In this document: positions 9,456 to 17,898 of the stretch, one piece after another
How positions within the stretch are numbered: position 1 is the first letter of the stretch
Layout of the letters: every line of letters starts with the position of its first letter
Source: a virus
IMG/VR virus record: IMGVR_UViG_3300002461_000323
Coordinates: 1-64,000 of that record
DNA length: 64,000 nucleotides
Direction: 5' to 3' (one strand)
The notes under the pieces: model-generated
The model's input: only the letters and a program-made list of their open reading frames with translations
The model's database searches: none
Told to the model about the DNA's origin: nothing
Program-made: the position numbers and the translations under genes

Positions 9456-9923
9456 ATGGACTACGTGTGTGGTTTCGCGTTCGCTGGCATGGAGACGCTG
9501 AGCACCCTGTTGATCCGCAAGAACCGGCCAGCGTGGCAGTTGGGCCAGTGGAACGGTGTTGGCGGCAAGATCGAACTTGGTGAGGGCATTCGCTCGGCGA
9601 TGGTCCGGGAGTTCAAGGAGGAAACCGGGATCAGCACCGATGCCACGCAGTGGAGCACATTCCACATCGAGCGCTTCCAGAGCGGTGCCAAGGTGTACTT
9701 CATGTCCAACTGGACGACCGAGTACGAGCAGATGAAAGAGGCCAAGTACAGGTCGATGTACGGCGGGCTCACTGACGAAGTGCTCAACATCTACCCGGTT
9801 GATCCGTACACTGGCGAACTGCAGGTCGGCACGACTTTCCCGGCACTGTACAACCTGCGATACCTGATCCCGATGGCCGTGCAGACCCACGCCCTGCCGT
9901 ACGAACACCGGCCCCTGGGGTGA
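9456..9923 (+). CDS. Nudix hydrolase
   Basis: Nudix box GKIELGEGIRSAMVREFKEETGI (Gx5Ex7REUxEExGU). Confidence 0.9.
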   Translation: MDYVCGFAFAGMETLSTLLIRKNRPAWQLGQWNGVGGKIELGEGIRSAMVREFKEETGISTDATQWSTFHIERFQSGAKVYFMSNWTTEYEQMKEAKYRSMYGGLTDEVLNIYPVDPYTGELQVGTTFPALYNLRYLIPMAVQTHALPYEHRPLG

Positions 9924-10231
9924 CCATGCTCTACGACGAAGAAGGTGTGCCGAGGATCGTTCAGCGGGTGCGTGCTGTCGCTCCAAAGATGATCGAACTG
10001 CTGCTGTTCAACGGGTGGCTGATCGCGCTGACCGTAGAGCACGCGTCGGACATATCGAACGTCACGGAGGCCCGGTACTACCGGTACTTGGACGGGCCGG
10101 ACCCGACCGACGTCTACGCTGACCTCGAATACTGGGTGTCCAAGAACTGGGACGAGTACGCTAAGTGGCACGCCCTGCATCCCCCAGAACAACCACAAGG
10201 ACTCCAATGGCCTCCGTTGCCAAGCTCTTGA
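9920..10231 (+). CDS. hypothetical protein
   Basis: 103-aa ORF overlapping both neighbours. Confidence 0.5.
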   Translation: MTMLYDEEGVPRIVQRVRAVAPKMIELLLFNGWLIALTVEHASDISNVTEARYYRYLDGPDPTDVYADLEYWVSKNWDEYAKWHALHPPEQPQGLQWPPLPSS

Positions 10232-10797
10232 AGACCGCTGAGAAGTACGGGGTGAAGGTCGTGGACTGCGGAAACGGCCACTTTCAGCTTGAAGGTCGGC
10301 TGCTCGTCAACTACTACCCGACCTCCAAGTACCAGACCGCGTACGTCGCTGGCACCGTCGGAGGGCCCCGGGGAGTCGATGAGTTCCGGGCGGTGATGAT
10401 GGCGCTCAAGACGCCGATCCTGGCTCCCGGCAAGGAGAAGGCCAAGCGCAAGAACGGCACCCGGCTGATCCGCTGGAAGCTCTGGCAACTCGGTTATCGC
10501 CACTGCTACGTCTGCAAGTGCGCGTTCAACAGCTTTGACGAGACGACCCTCGAACACATCATCCCGCTGGATCGGGGCGGCCTCGACCACCCGAACAACC
10601 GGACGCTTTCGCACGAGCCCTGCAATCGATTGCGGGCGAACAACATGCCCGAACTGGAGGGCGCTCAGACGCCGGTGAACGTGCTCCCGCGCATGGACGT
10701 ACTGGTGCAGGCAGCACCGCCATCGAAGGGCATGGCCGGGCTCCTGGGCCTGCCGCCGATGGGCAACCCACCCGCTGAAGGAGACCCGCCATGGTGA
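10207..10797 (+). CDS. HNH endonuclease (zinc-binding type)
   Basis: CYVC...TLEHIIPLDRGG....NNRTLSHEPCN; AAGGA RBS. Confidence 0.8.
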   Translation: MASVAKLLKTAEKYGVKVVDCGNGHFQLEGRLLVNYYPTSKYQTAYVAGTVGGPRGVDEFRAVMMALKTPILAPGKEKAKRKNGTRLIRWKLWQLGYRHCYVCKCAFNSFDETTLEHIIPLDRGGLDHPNNRTLSHEPCNRLRANNMPELEGAQTPVNVLPRMDVLVQAAPPSKGMAGLLGLPPMGNPPAEGDPPW

Positions 10798-11021
10798 GAG
10801 CCGTGATCGAACTGAACATCGCTGATGTGGACTTGGCGATCAGGGAGTACCTGCAGCGGCGCATACCCGACGTCGAGGTCACGGGTGTGGTCGTCAAAAG
10901 CTGGAACGCCACGGTCTTCGAGATCAAGGACGGAAAGCTGCAGGAACCGTGGTCGCATATCGTCAGGACGGGGCACAGCGTGTTCTCGAATGACGTTGAC
11001 AAACCAGACCGACCGGGTTAA
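10791..11021 (+). CDS. hypothetical protein
   Basis: 76-aa ORF; AAGGAG RBS. Confidence 0.55.
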   Translation: MVRAVIELNIADVDLAIREYLQRRIPDVEVTGVVVKSWNATVFEIKDGKLQEPWSHIVRTGHSVFSNDVDKPDRPG

Positions 11022-11024
11022 AAT
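10996..11024 (+). promoter_or_regulatory. sigma70-type early promoter
   Basis: TTGACA-17-TAAAAT; leader CAACAACGCAATGGAGTGCA. Confidence 0.85.
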
Positions 11025-11052
11025 AGAGTCTCAACAACGCAATGGAGTGCAC

Positions 11053-13023
11053 ATGCTGATAAGTATTTTCGACAAGCTGCCCGCAGAACAGGCCAACTCC
11101 GAGCACCTCGGCGGCAAAGGCTTCGGCCTCTGGTGGATGCAGCAACAGGGCGTGAACGTGCCCCCGGCGCTCATCATCCCGACCACCCTCTGCGTGGACT
11201 ACATGACGGCCCCCAAGACGGTCATGGCCTCCCTCAAAAAGACGCTGGTCAAGAACGTCCGCGACTTCTTCATCACCCAGTTCGGGTACATGCCGCTGCT
11301 GAGCATCCGCTCTGGCGCTCGCGTGAGCATGCCCGGCATGATGGACACGATCTTGAACGTAGGCCTCGACAGCAAGAGCGAAGCCGAGTGGGTCTCCCGC
11401 CTGGGCGCTGACTGCACGCTCGACAGCTACCGCCGCCTGATCACGATGTACGGGAACGTGGTGAAGGGTGTTGACCGCCACAAGCTGGAGTTCGAGCAGT
11501 TCGACAAGACCGCCAGCGCGTACAAGCGTGCGGTCGGCACCGACTTCCCGGACTCCGACGAGCAGATTCTCGGATCGGTCGAAGCCGTGTTCCAAAGCTG
11601 GAACAACGAGCGTGCCAAGGTCTACCGGAAAATGCACAACATTCCCGAGACCTGGGGCACAGCCGTCGTCATCCAAGCGATGGTGTTCGGCAACTTCAAC
11701 GACAACAGCGGAACGGGCGTCCTGTTCACCCGCAACCCCGACAGCGGTGACAACGTGATCACCGGCGAGTTCCTGACCAACGCTCAGGGCGAGGACGTGG
11801 TAGCTGGAACGCGCACCCCGATGCCGCTCTCGAAGATGGCTGCTTGGAATCAGGTGGTGGCCGACGAACTGCTGGAGACCGTGAGCAAGCTCGAAAAAGC
11901 CAAGCGGGATGTCCAGGACGTCGAGTTCACGATCATGGACGGCAAGCTGTACATCCTCCAGACCCGGAACGCCAAGCGGAGCGCCCGTGCGGCTCTCCGG
12001 ATCGCGCTGGACATGCGCCAGGAAGGCATGATCACCGAGGCCGAGTTGTTCAAGCGCGTGGGTGCCCGTGAACTCGACTTGGCCGCTCAACCGGTGATCG
12101 ACCCCAAGTTCAAGATCGCCCCAGCCTGGACCGGCATCCCCGCGTGCTCGGGCATGGCGACCGGTGAGGTTGTGCTCAGTTCGGCTGAGGCGGTCAAGCA
12201 GGCTGCTCTCGGCAAGTCGGTGATCCTGGTCACCAAGGAGACGACCCCGGACGACATTCAGGGCATGGTAGCCGCCAAGGGCGTGGTCACGATGACCGGT
12301 GGGAGTACCAGCCACGCAGCGGTGGTCGCCAGATCGATGAACAAGGCGTGCGTCGTCGGTGTGGGTGCCGAGTACGACCAGTTCAAGGCCGGGCAGATCA
12401 TCAGCATCGACGGCGCGACCGGCCGCATCTGGATGGAGGCTGTGCCAGTGATCAAGGGCGAGAACATCGACCTCGTGACCTTCCGGAACCTGCTGGTCGG
12501 CGACCGCACTCTGCTCGTCGATCAGCCCCCGCCCTTCCCGGCCAAGAACGTGATGCTCGACCTCTCGAACTCCGTGGTCTGCTCGATCCCCGAGATCAAG
12601 AAGATCGTGGACGCGACGATCAAGCTCACGACCGGCAAGCTGACGGTTATGCTCCCGGACACGCTGGCTCCTGAGTTCCAAGAGTTCATCGGCGTGTACC
12701 TGACCGCCAAGGACCTGAACGACAAGATTGTCGAGATTCAGGACTACCTGACGCTCACGTACTCGCAGGACGCGTTCAACATCGCCGGGTGGGAGGCCGC
12801 AGGCTGGACTGCAATCGATTGCAAGTCGGTGACCAGCCTGGTTGAAATGGTGCTGCTCAAGAACGGTGGGCTTGTGACGACCATGCCACAAGGCTCGACC
12901 ACCGCCGAGAAGAAAGCGTTCGCCCGGGTGGCTCAGTGGCTGTCCGCTGAGGGCGTTTCCCTGAAAGTGCTGAACAGCGCTGAGTCGGGTGTGGCCTCGT
13001 GGACCAAGTATGTTCACGGCTGA
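11053..13023 (+). CDS. pyruvate phosphate dikinase-like protein (nucleotide-binding and phospho-His domains; no pyruvate/PEP-binding domain)
   Basis: LGGKG, SIRSGARVSMPGMMDTILNVGL, QAMVFGN, NAQGEDVVAG, QDVEFT, LQTR; swivel domain ETTPDDIQGM...GGSTSHAAVVAR; 656 aa. Confidence 0.9.
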   Translation: MLISIFDKLPAEQANSEHLGGKGFGLWWMQQQGVNVPPALIIPTTLCVDYMTAPKTVMASLKKTLVKNVRDFFITQFGYMPLLSIRSGARVSMPGMMDTILNVGLDSKSEAEWVSRLGADCTLDSYRRLITMYGNVVKGVDRHKLEFEQFDKTASAYKRAVGTDFPDSDEQILGSVEAVFQSWNNERAKVYRKMHNIPETWGTAVVIQAMVFGNFNDNSGTGVLFTRNPDSGDNVITGEFLTNAQGEDVVAGTRTPMPLSKMAAWNQVVADELLETVSKLEKAKRDVQDVEFTIMDGKLYILQTRNAKRSARAALRIALDMRQEGMITEAELFKRVGARELDLAAQPVIDPKFKIAPAWTGIPACSGMATGEVVLSSAEAVKQAALGKSVILVTKETTPDDIQGMVAAKGVVTMTGGSTSHAAVVARSMNKACVVGVGAEYDQFKAGQIISIDGATGRIWMEAVPVIKGENIDLVTFRNLLVGDRTLLVDQPPPFPAKNVMLDLSNSVVCSIPEIKKIVDATIKLTTGKLTVMLPDTLAPEFQEFIGVYLTAKDLNDKIVEIQDYLTLTYSQDAFNIAGWEAAGWTAIDCKSVTSLVEMVLLKNGGLVTTMPQGSTTAEKKAFARVAQWLSAEGVSLKVLNSAESGVASWTKYVHG

Positions 13024-13026
13024 CCG

Positions 13027-13055
13027 TAGACCAGAGGGCCGCGCCCGTTTAGAAT
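13027..13055 (+). promoter_or_regulatory. putative sigma70-like promoter
   Basis: TAGACC-17-TAGAAT in the intergenic gap. Confidence 0.5.
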
Positions 13056-13079
13056 TCCGGAGTCAACCTCCGGAGTTCC

Positions 13080-13487
13080 ATGAAAACCGAGTGCCCAAAG
13101 TGCGCGAGCAAAAACGCGTGGTACGAGAAAACGTACTGCGATCTGACCCTTGCGTGCATGTGCGGGTACCGCAAGGTCGTGTACTCGACGATGGACGACA
13201 TCGAGGTCATGCACAACACACCCGTGCAGGACGTCAAGCTGCCGAAGGTCGGCACGCACCTCCACAACACGCTGGTCTGCCTGTGGTCGATCGAACCCGC
13301 GAACAGCCGGGAAGTCACCGACACGCTGATCCTGCACGGCAACCAGTACACGGTGTCCGACGTCAGCAGCTACCTGATGATCTTGCGATCGAGGTCGCTG
13401 GTCGAGGTCTTGGAATACAAACGGGGAGTTGCGGGCGGCAGCACCTGGGAACTTACATCAATCGCAACCGACCTTCTGGGTGTGTAG
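13080..13487 (+). CDS. zinc-ribbon plus winged-helix-like protein (putative transcription regulator)
   Basis: CPKC...CMCG ribbon; C-terminal NSREVTDTL...VSDVSSYLMILRSRSLVE...GGSTWELT wHTH-like pattern. Confidence 0.6.
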   Translation: MKTECPKCASKNAWYEKTYCDLTLACMCGYRKVVYSTMDDIEVMHNTPVQDVKLPKVGTHLHNTLVCLWSIEPANSREVTDTLILHGNQYTVSDVSSYLMILRSRSLVEVLEYKRGVAGGSTWELTSIATDLLGV

Positions 13488-13488
13488 C

Positions 13489-13950
13489 GTGAAGCCTACT
13501 CAAGCGCGGCTCAAAGAGATTCTGCACTACGACCCTGAGGCAGGGAGGTTTACTTGGTCCTCTGCTCGTAAGGGTGTAGTTGTTGGCGAGGAGGCAGGGA
13601 CCGTTAACAAGCGTGGGTACCGTGTCATTGGGATCGATGGCCGCCTGCACCGAGCCAACATCCTGGCCTGGATTTATATGACCGGTGCCTGCCCTGAACA
13701 GCAAGTAGATCACAAAGACCGCAACCCTGGAAACAACTCCTGGTTGAATCTGCGGGACGTGAGCAATTCAAAGAACAAGTTGAATTGTGGCCTACAGAAG
13801 AACAACACTTCAGGCGTAAAGGGTGTTTGCTGGGTGCCAGATCGGAGCCAGTGGAAGGCCTACATAGGCAAGACGATTCTGGGCTTCTCGCCCGACCTTA
13901 CTCAGGCAGCGGCACTTCGCTCTGCTGCGGAACAGAAACTAGGAGTATGA
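13489..13950 (+). CDS. HNH homing endonuclease with AP2-like domain
   Basis: LAWIYMTG..P..VDHKDRNPGNNSWLNLR; NNTSGVKGVCW...WKAYI; visibly AT-richer codon usage. Confidence 0.85.
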   Translation: MKPTQARLKEILHYDPEAGRFTWSSARKGVVVGEEAGTVNKRGYRVIGIDGRLHRANILAWIYMTGACPEQQVDHKDRNPGNNSWLNLRDVSNSKNKLNCGLQKNNTSGVKGVCWVPDRSQWKAYIGKTILGFSPDLTQAAALRSAAEQKLGV

Positions 13951-13951
13951 A

Positions 13952-14245
13952 ATGGGATTGAGCATCGGCGTGAAGCACGACAGCAAAGTGCAGGTGGGGG
14001 CACACGTTCTGGAGGTGGAGTCGATTGTCAAAGAGCACGCGGTGATCGTCTGGTATGGCGGCAAGCGGTTCACGGTCACCGAGCAGGAGCGCGTGGAGAT
14101 CGCGCCCACGGTGTTCCTCAGCCTGGGCCGCAACCCGAGCAAGCCATCGCCCTCCCACATCGTGGCCCCGAACGCTCGTCTGCTGTTCGAGGCTCCCCGC
14201 GCAATCCAAATCACTCGCCTCGATGCCGGTCACCCAGCTTTCTAA
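13952..14245 (+). CDS. hypothetical protein, weakly CsrA-like
   Basis: C-terminal RLLFEAPRAIQITR resembles CsrA RIGIxAPxxxxVxR; AGGAG RBS. Confidence 0.45.
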   Translation: MGLSIGVKHDSKVQVGAHVLEVESIVKEHAVIVWYGGKRFTVTEQERVEIAPTVFLSLGRNPSKPSPSHIVAPNARLLFEAPRAIQITRLDAGHPAF

Positions 14246-14444
14246 ACAGGCGCAGGCGGTGCTCGTCGCCGAGAACCTGACGCCCGAAGAGTTCGAGCAC
14301 ATGGCTGCCCACTCTGCGATTACCAGCGAGTTTCCCGGCTTCAACAGGCGGTTTCACCATTGGGTTCTTGACATACGGTCCGGGGTGTGTCATAATCTCA
14401 GCATGATCGGTGGTGGACAGCCCCGCAATCAATTGCAGCAGTAG
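14223..14444 (+). CDS. hypothetical protein
   Basis: ATG 14223, frame of track ORF 14055-14444. Confidence 0.45.
   Translation: MPVTQLSKQAQAVLVAENLTPEEFEHMAAHSAITSEFPGFNRRFHHWVLDIRSGVCHNLSMIGGGQPRNQLQQ
14368..14396 (+). promoter_or_regulatory. sigma70-type promoter
   Basis: TTGACA-17-CATAAT with TG extension. Confidence 0.75.
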
Positions 14445-14483
14445 CTGCTTAACCGGCCAACAGGCCAACAACGGAGTGTCAAC

Positions 14484-15014
14484 ATGCAAGCGTCTTCTCT
14501 CAAAATCGGCAACGGATCGTTGTCCCTTCCCGCAGCCTGGGGCCGTGAGTTCACCGTCTGGGGTGGCCCCTTCCGCCGAGTGCCCACGTACATCGGGGGT
14601 GAACCGGTCGTCAGCCTGAAGCTGGCACCCGAGGTGCAGATGCCCTGCTCGATGGCGCTCCCGATCGTCGATTACAGCGTGCCCACCGACCTGCAGGTGG
14701 ACGGCATGCTCCCCGAGATTCTCCGCCAGATCGTCGAAGGCAAGCCTGTGTACATGGGCTGCATGGGCGGCATGGGCCGCACCGGTCTGATCCTCGCGAT
14801 CGTCGCCAAGGCCTGGGGCATCCCCGACCCCGTGAAGTACGTCCGCGAGAACTACTACAGCCACGCTGTGGAGACCCCGGAGCAGTACTCGTTTGTCACC
14901 CTCTACGAAGTGCAGGACGACGCCCGCAAGATCGTGTCCCGCGCCAAGTTCTGGTCGTTCTTCGGTTGGTCGCAGCACCTGACCCCAGCAGCAGGAAAGC
15001 TCGCTTCAGCTTGA
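14484..15014 (+). CDS. protein-tyrosine/dual-specificity phosphatase family protein
   Basis: CX5R loop GCMGGMGRTG; PIVDYSVP acid loop; AVETPEQ Q-loop. Confidence 0.85.
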   Translation: MQASSLKIGNGSLSLPAAWGREFTVWGGPFRRVPTYIGGEPVVSLKLAPEVQMPCSMALPIVDYSVPTDLQVDGMLPEILRQIVEGKPVYMGCMGGMGRTGLILAIVAKAWGIPDPVKYVRENYYSHAVETPEQYSFVTLYEVQDDARKIVSRAKFWSFFGWSQHLTPAAGKLASA

Positions 15015-15039
15015 CAAACTAGCTGTCATGGGTTAAAAT
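15011..15039 (+). promoter_or_regulatory. sigma70-type early promoter
   Basis: TTGACA-17-TAAAAT; leader GCAATGGAGTGCA. Confidence 0.85.
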
Positions 15040-15069
15040 AACCCATGTTCAGCAGCAATGGAGTGCAAT

Positions 15070-16092
15070 ATGCAGTATGAGCTTCCGGGTACGCTCGCCC
15101 GTTTGGTGGGCAGTCCTTACCGCAACAAGCGGCTGGTCGCGGTCACCGCCCAGCAGTTCGGTCGAGTCCTGTTGGGTGTCGGCAAGTCCGACAGCCCGGC
15201 TCTCCCCGACTCCGAGGCCGTCCGGTTCTACGCGCTGAACCAGATGATGAGCCAACTCTTCCAGCAGTTCACGACCAACGAGAAACTGCCGGAGTGGGCG
15301 GCTGAGATCGCTGGTGCGTACGAGCGTGAACTCGCCGGTCAGCACCAGCGTCTGGTCTGGTACACGTTCCTGGTCACCAGCCGGGAGTTCCGGCACCTGA
15401 AGAACCCCCAGACGGCGATGGCCGACAAGATGTTCAGCGCTGAGTTCAAGGCGCTGCAGCCCAAGCTCAGCGACAGCACCGACGATCTGTCGCTGAACAA
15501 GTGGCTGAAGCTCTGCCCGGCCGAGTCGCTGGAGCACTACTGCCGCTGCATGACCCATGGCTTCGACCACGGCAACTGGGGTGGCGGCTACGGCGGCAAG
15601 CCCTGGGGGAACATCGCCCGGACTCTCGCCGAGTGCATGGGCGGGAACACCAGCCCCGAGGTGTTCATCGACACCGCGTACACGCTTGCACACAACAACG
15701 GCCCGATGTTCAACAAGGGCATGTTCTACCACCACTACAGCAACTACTTCAAGACCATCCTCGACATCCAGCGTGCGGGCATGGTCTGCGAGGGCCTGTT
15801 CAGCCAGCAGTTGAGCGGGTGGGTGGTCACCCAAGGTCTGGACGACCTACTGCGGATGATCAAGAACGTGCGCGACAACCTGGGCGGCATCGGCGACTAC
15901 ATCGACTGGTACAAGGTCGAGGAACTGGGTGCCCTCGGAACCTACGGCTCGTACAAGTCCCAGCAAGACAAGAAGTACGGCAAGAAACCCGAGAAGACTC
16001 TGGTCGGCGGCAAGCCCGTGAAGATGACCGGAGCCAAGTTCGAGGTCCTGCCCAATGTGTTCGTCCCCATCTACGAGCGGCTTTCAGCCTGA
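15070..16092 (+). CDS. hypothetical phage protein
   Basis: 340 aa; GGAG RBS; conserved-looking WGGGYGGKPW and DTAYTLAHNNGPMFNKG blocks. Confidence 0.75.
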   Translation: MQYELPGTLARLVGSPYRNKRLVAVTAQQFGRVLLGVGKSDSPALPDSEAVRFYALNQMMSQLFQQFTTNEKLPEWAAEIAGAYERELAGQHQRLVWYTFLVTSREFRHLKNPQTAMADKMFSAEFKALQPKLSDSTDDLSLNKWLKLCPAESLEHYCRCMTHGFDHGNWGGGYGGKPWGNIARTLAECMGGNTSPEVFIDTAYTLAHNNGPMFNKGMFYHHYSNYFKTILDIQRAGMVCEGLFSQQLSGWVVTQGLDDLLRMIKNVRDNLGGIGDYIDWYKVEELGALGTYGSYKSQQDKKYGKKPEKTLVGGKPVKMTGAKFEVLPNVFVPIYERLSA

Positions 16093-16097
16093 AGATC

Positions 16098-16886
16098 ATG
16101 AGCAAGAAACGATTCCCTGAGTTTGACTCCGCCGACAACCTGGTGGACCTCGAAAAGTACCGCGACCCCCTGCCCGGATACCCGGGTACCAGCGGGTTCG
16201 CGAGCAACGCCAGAACCGGCCACAAGCGCTACGGCTCGTGCTACGAGAGTCACCCGACGCTCGAACTCGGGGGTGGCAAGTTCATCGGAGGCTCCTGCCT
16301 GAGCCCGGTCACCCACGACGCCGACATCTACATCGGCTTCGATCGCGGCATGCACGTGCTCGACATCCCGCCGTGGAAGCGCGAGGTCACCCAGTACCTG
16401 TATGCGATTCAGGACATGGGCAAGCCCGCTGACAGCAAGAGCTTCATCAAGCTGATTGACTGGTCGATCGAAAAGCTGGCGGCTGGCAAGACCATCCACG
16501 CTGGCTGCATCGGTGGGCACGGCCGGACCGGCACGTACCTGGCTGCCCTAGTCGGCGCTCTCGGCATCGACAAGGACGCGATCACCTGGGCACGCGCCAA
16601 CTACTGCAAGAAGGCCGTCGAGTCTGGCACGCAGGTGGACTTCCTGGTCAAGCACTTCGGTGTGAAATCGGTGGCCGGTGCGAAGGAGGGCGTGCACCGC
16701 TCGCTCGGCAACTGGGACAGCGGCGGCAAGAGCCACGGCTCGGGCAAGGCCAGTGGGCAGAAGCACGACTACCCGATCAAGGCGAGTGGCGGGTGGAAGC
16801 CTAAGACGAACACGGCTTTCGCTGACGCGAAGAAAGTGTTCAATCCTGTCAAATCGAGCACCTGCGTGTTCGGAACGCTGTTCTGA
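16098..16886 (+). CDS. protein-tyrosine/dual-specificity phosphatase family protein
   Basis: CX5R loop HAGCIGGHGRTG; IQDMGKP; AVESGTQ. Confidence 0.85.
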   Translation: MSKKRFPEFDSADNLVDLEKYRDPLPGYPGTSGFASNARTGHKRYGSCYESHPTLELGGGKFIGGSCLSPVTHDADIYIGFDRGMHVLDIPPWKREVTQYLYAIQDMGKPADSKSFIKLIDWSIEKLAAGKTIHAGCIGGHGRTGTYLAALVGALGIDKDAITWARANYCKKAVESGTQVDFLVKHFGVKSVAGAKEGVHRSLGNWDSGGKSHGSGKASGQKHDYPIKASGGWKPKTNTAFADAKKVFNPVKSSTCVFGTLF

Positions 16887-16889
16887 CGA

Positions 16890-16917
16890 TTGACAAACTG
16901 TGTGTCTGTGCTATAAT
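16890..16917 (+). promoter_or_regulatory. sigma70-type early promoter
   Basis: TTGACA-16-TATAAT with TG extension. Confidence 0.85.
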
Positions 16918-16950
16918 GAAAGCATACACAGGCACTAACGGAGCTTCAAA

Positions 16951-17898
16951 ATGGGGATTACAGTGAAAGACGAAACATTCCACAACCTGATGGACAAGCT
17001 GTTCGGCCCTGATCATCAGTTGACGAAAAAGCTGTCCCTGATGACCGCCTCCGGTGCGACCGCCAAGGCCGGGCTCTTCAACTTCGTGGTCACGGTGCCC
17101 GCCCACGGGACCTCGCCCGACAACGTGGTGTTCGCGTGCAAGCTGCCGACGCTCACGCTGGACATCATCAACGGCATGAACAACCACTTCGACGAGTCGA
17201 AGCAGGCGGTTTCGGCGGTTATCGCAGAAGCGTTTGCCACGTATCCAAAGTGGAGCAAGCAGACTGAGGCTGTGGCTGCCGCGATCGAGGAGCAGGCTGT
17301 GCAATCAGTTGCAGCGGCTCCGGTGTTCGACGCCTCGATGGACCCTCCGATCCCCGGTCCGACGGCGCTCAAGAAAGCTGCGGCCAAGAAGACGGTCAAG
17401 AAAGTGAACATCGACTGGGCGGCCGATCCGGTTACGCCCGCCCCCGCTGCCGACTTCCTGAAGTCCACCGGCCCGTCCGACAAGGAACTGCATGCGGCCT
17501 CCAAGGTCAACGCGACCACCGCTCACCTCGAAGCCGCAGGGTTCTCGCCGGTGAAAGTCTCGACGGTCGTCCCGCTCAAGGATGCCCGGTCGGTCGGCCA
17601 GAAGGTCAAGGGCACCAGCGCGGGCTCGAACTACCGGGTGTTCGCGGTTGGCCCGATCAACTTGGCGGTGAAGATTGCCAACGGTCAAGCGAGCGTGCGG
17701 GCCGAGCCCCAAGGTGCCTGGGCTCCGAACGCCAAGACCCACCTGGCGTCCATCGGGTTCTCCGACAACGGCGACTACATGAGCGTGCACATGACGCTCG
17801 GTGATGTTCCGCCGATGCGGGTGCTCGGGGCGGTCGCGTTCTCCCTCGACCTGAAGTTCAACCAGATTGCCACCTCCATGGAAGCCGTTTATGACTGA
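16951..17898 (+). CDS. hypothetical protein (two domains, Ala/Lys/Pro linker)
   Basis: 315 aa; GGAG RBS; KKAAAKKTVKK linker. Confidence 0.7.
   Translation: MGITVKDETFHNLMDKLFGPDHQLTKKLSLMTASGATAKAGLFNFVVTVPAHGTSPDNVVFACKLPTLTLDIINGMNNHFDESKQAVSAVIAEAFATYPKWSKQTEAVAAAIEEQAVQSVAAAPVFDASMDPPIPGPTALKKAAAKKTVKKVNIDWAADPVTPAPAADFLKSTGPSDKELHAASKVNATTAHLEAAGFSPVKVSTVVPLKDARSVGQKVKGTSAGSNYRVFAVGPINLAVKIANGQASVRAEPQGAWAPNAKTHLASIGFSDNGDYMSVHMTLGDVPPMRVLGAVAFSLDLKFNQIATSMEAVYD

Noticed and set aside
10963-13017. Long minus-strand ORFs (also 20020-21483, 36474-38576, 42592-44055 and others)
   Set aside because: Antisense shadows of GC3-biased plus-strand genes; no RBS context, motifs or operon logic
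11053-13023. Calling this a bona fide ppdK auxiliary metabolic gene
   Set aside because: The pyruvate/PEP-binding domain motifs are absent, so no gene symbol was given
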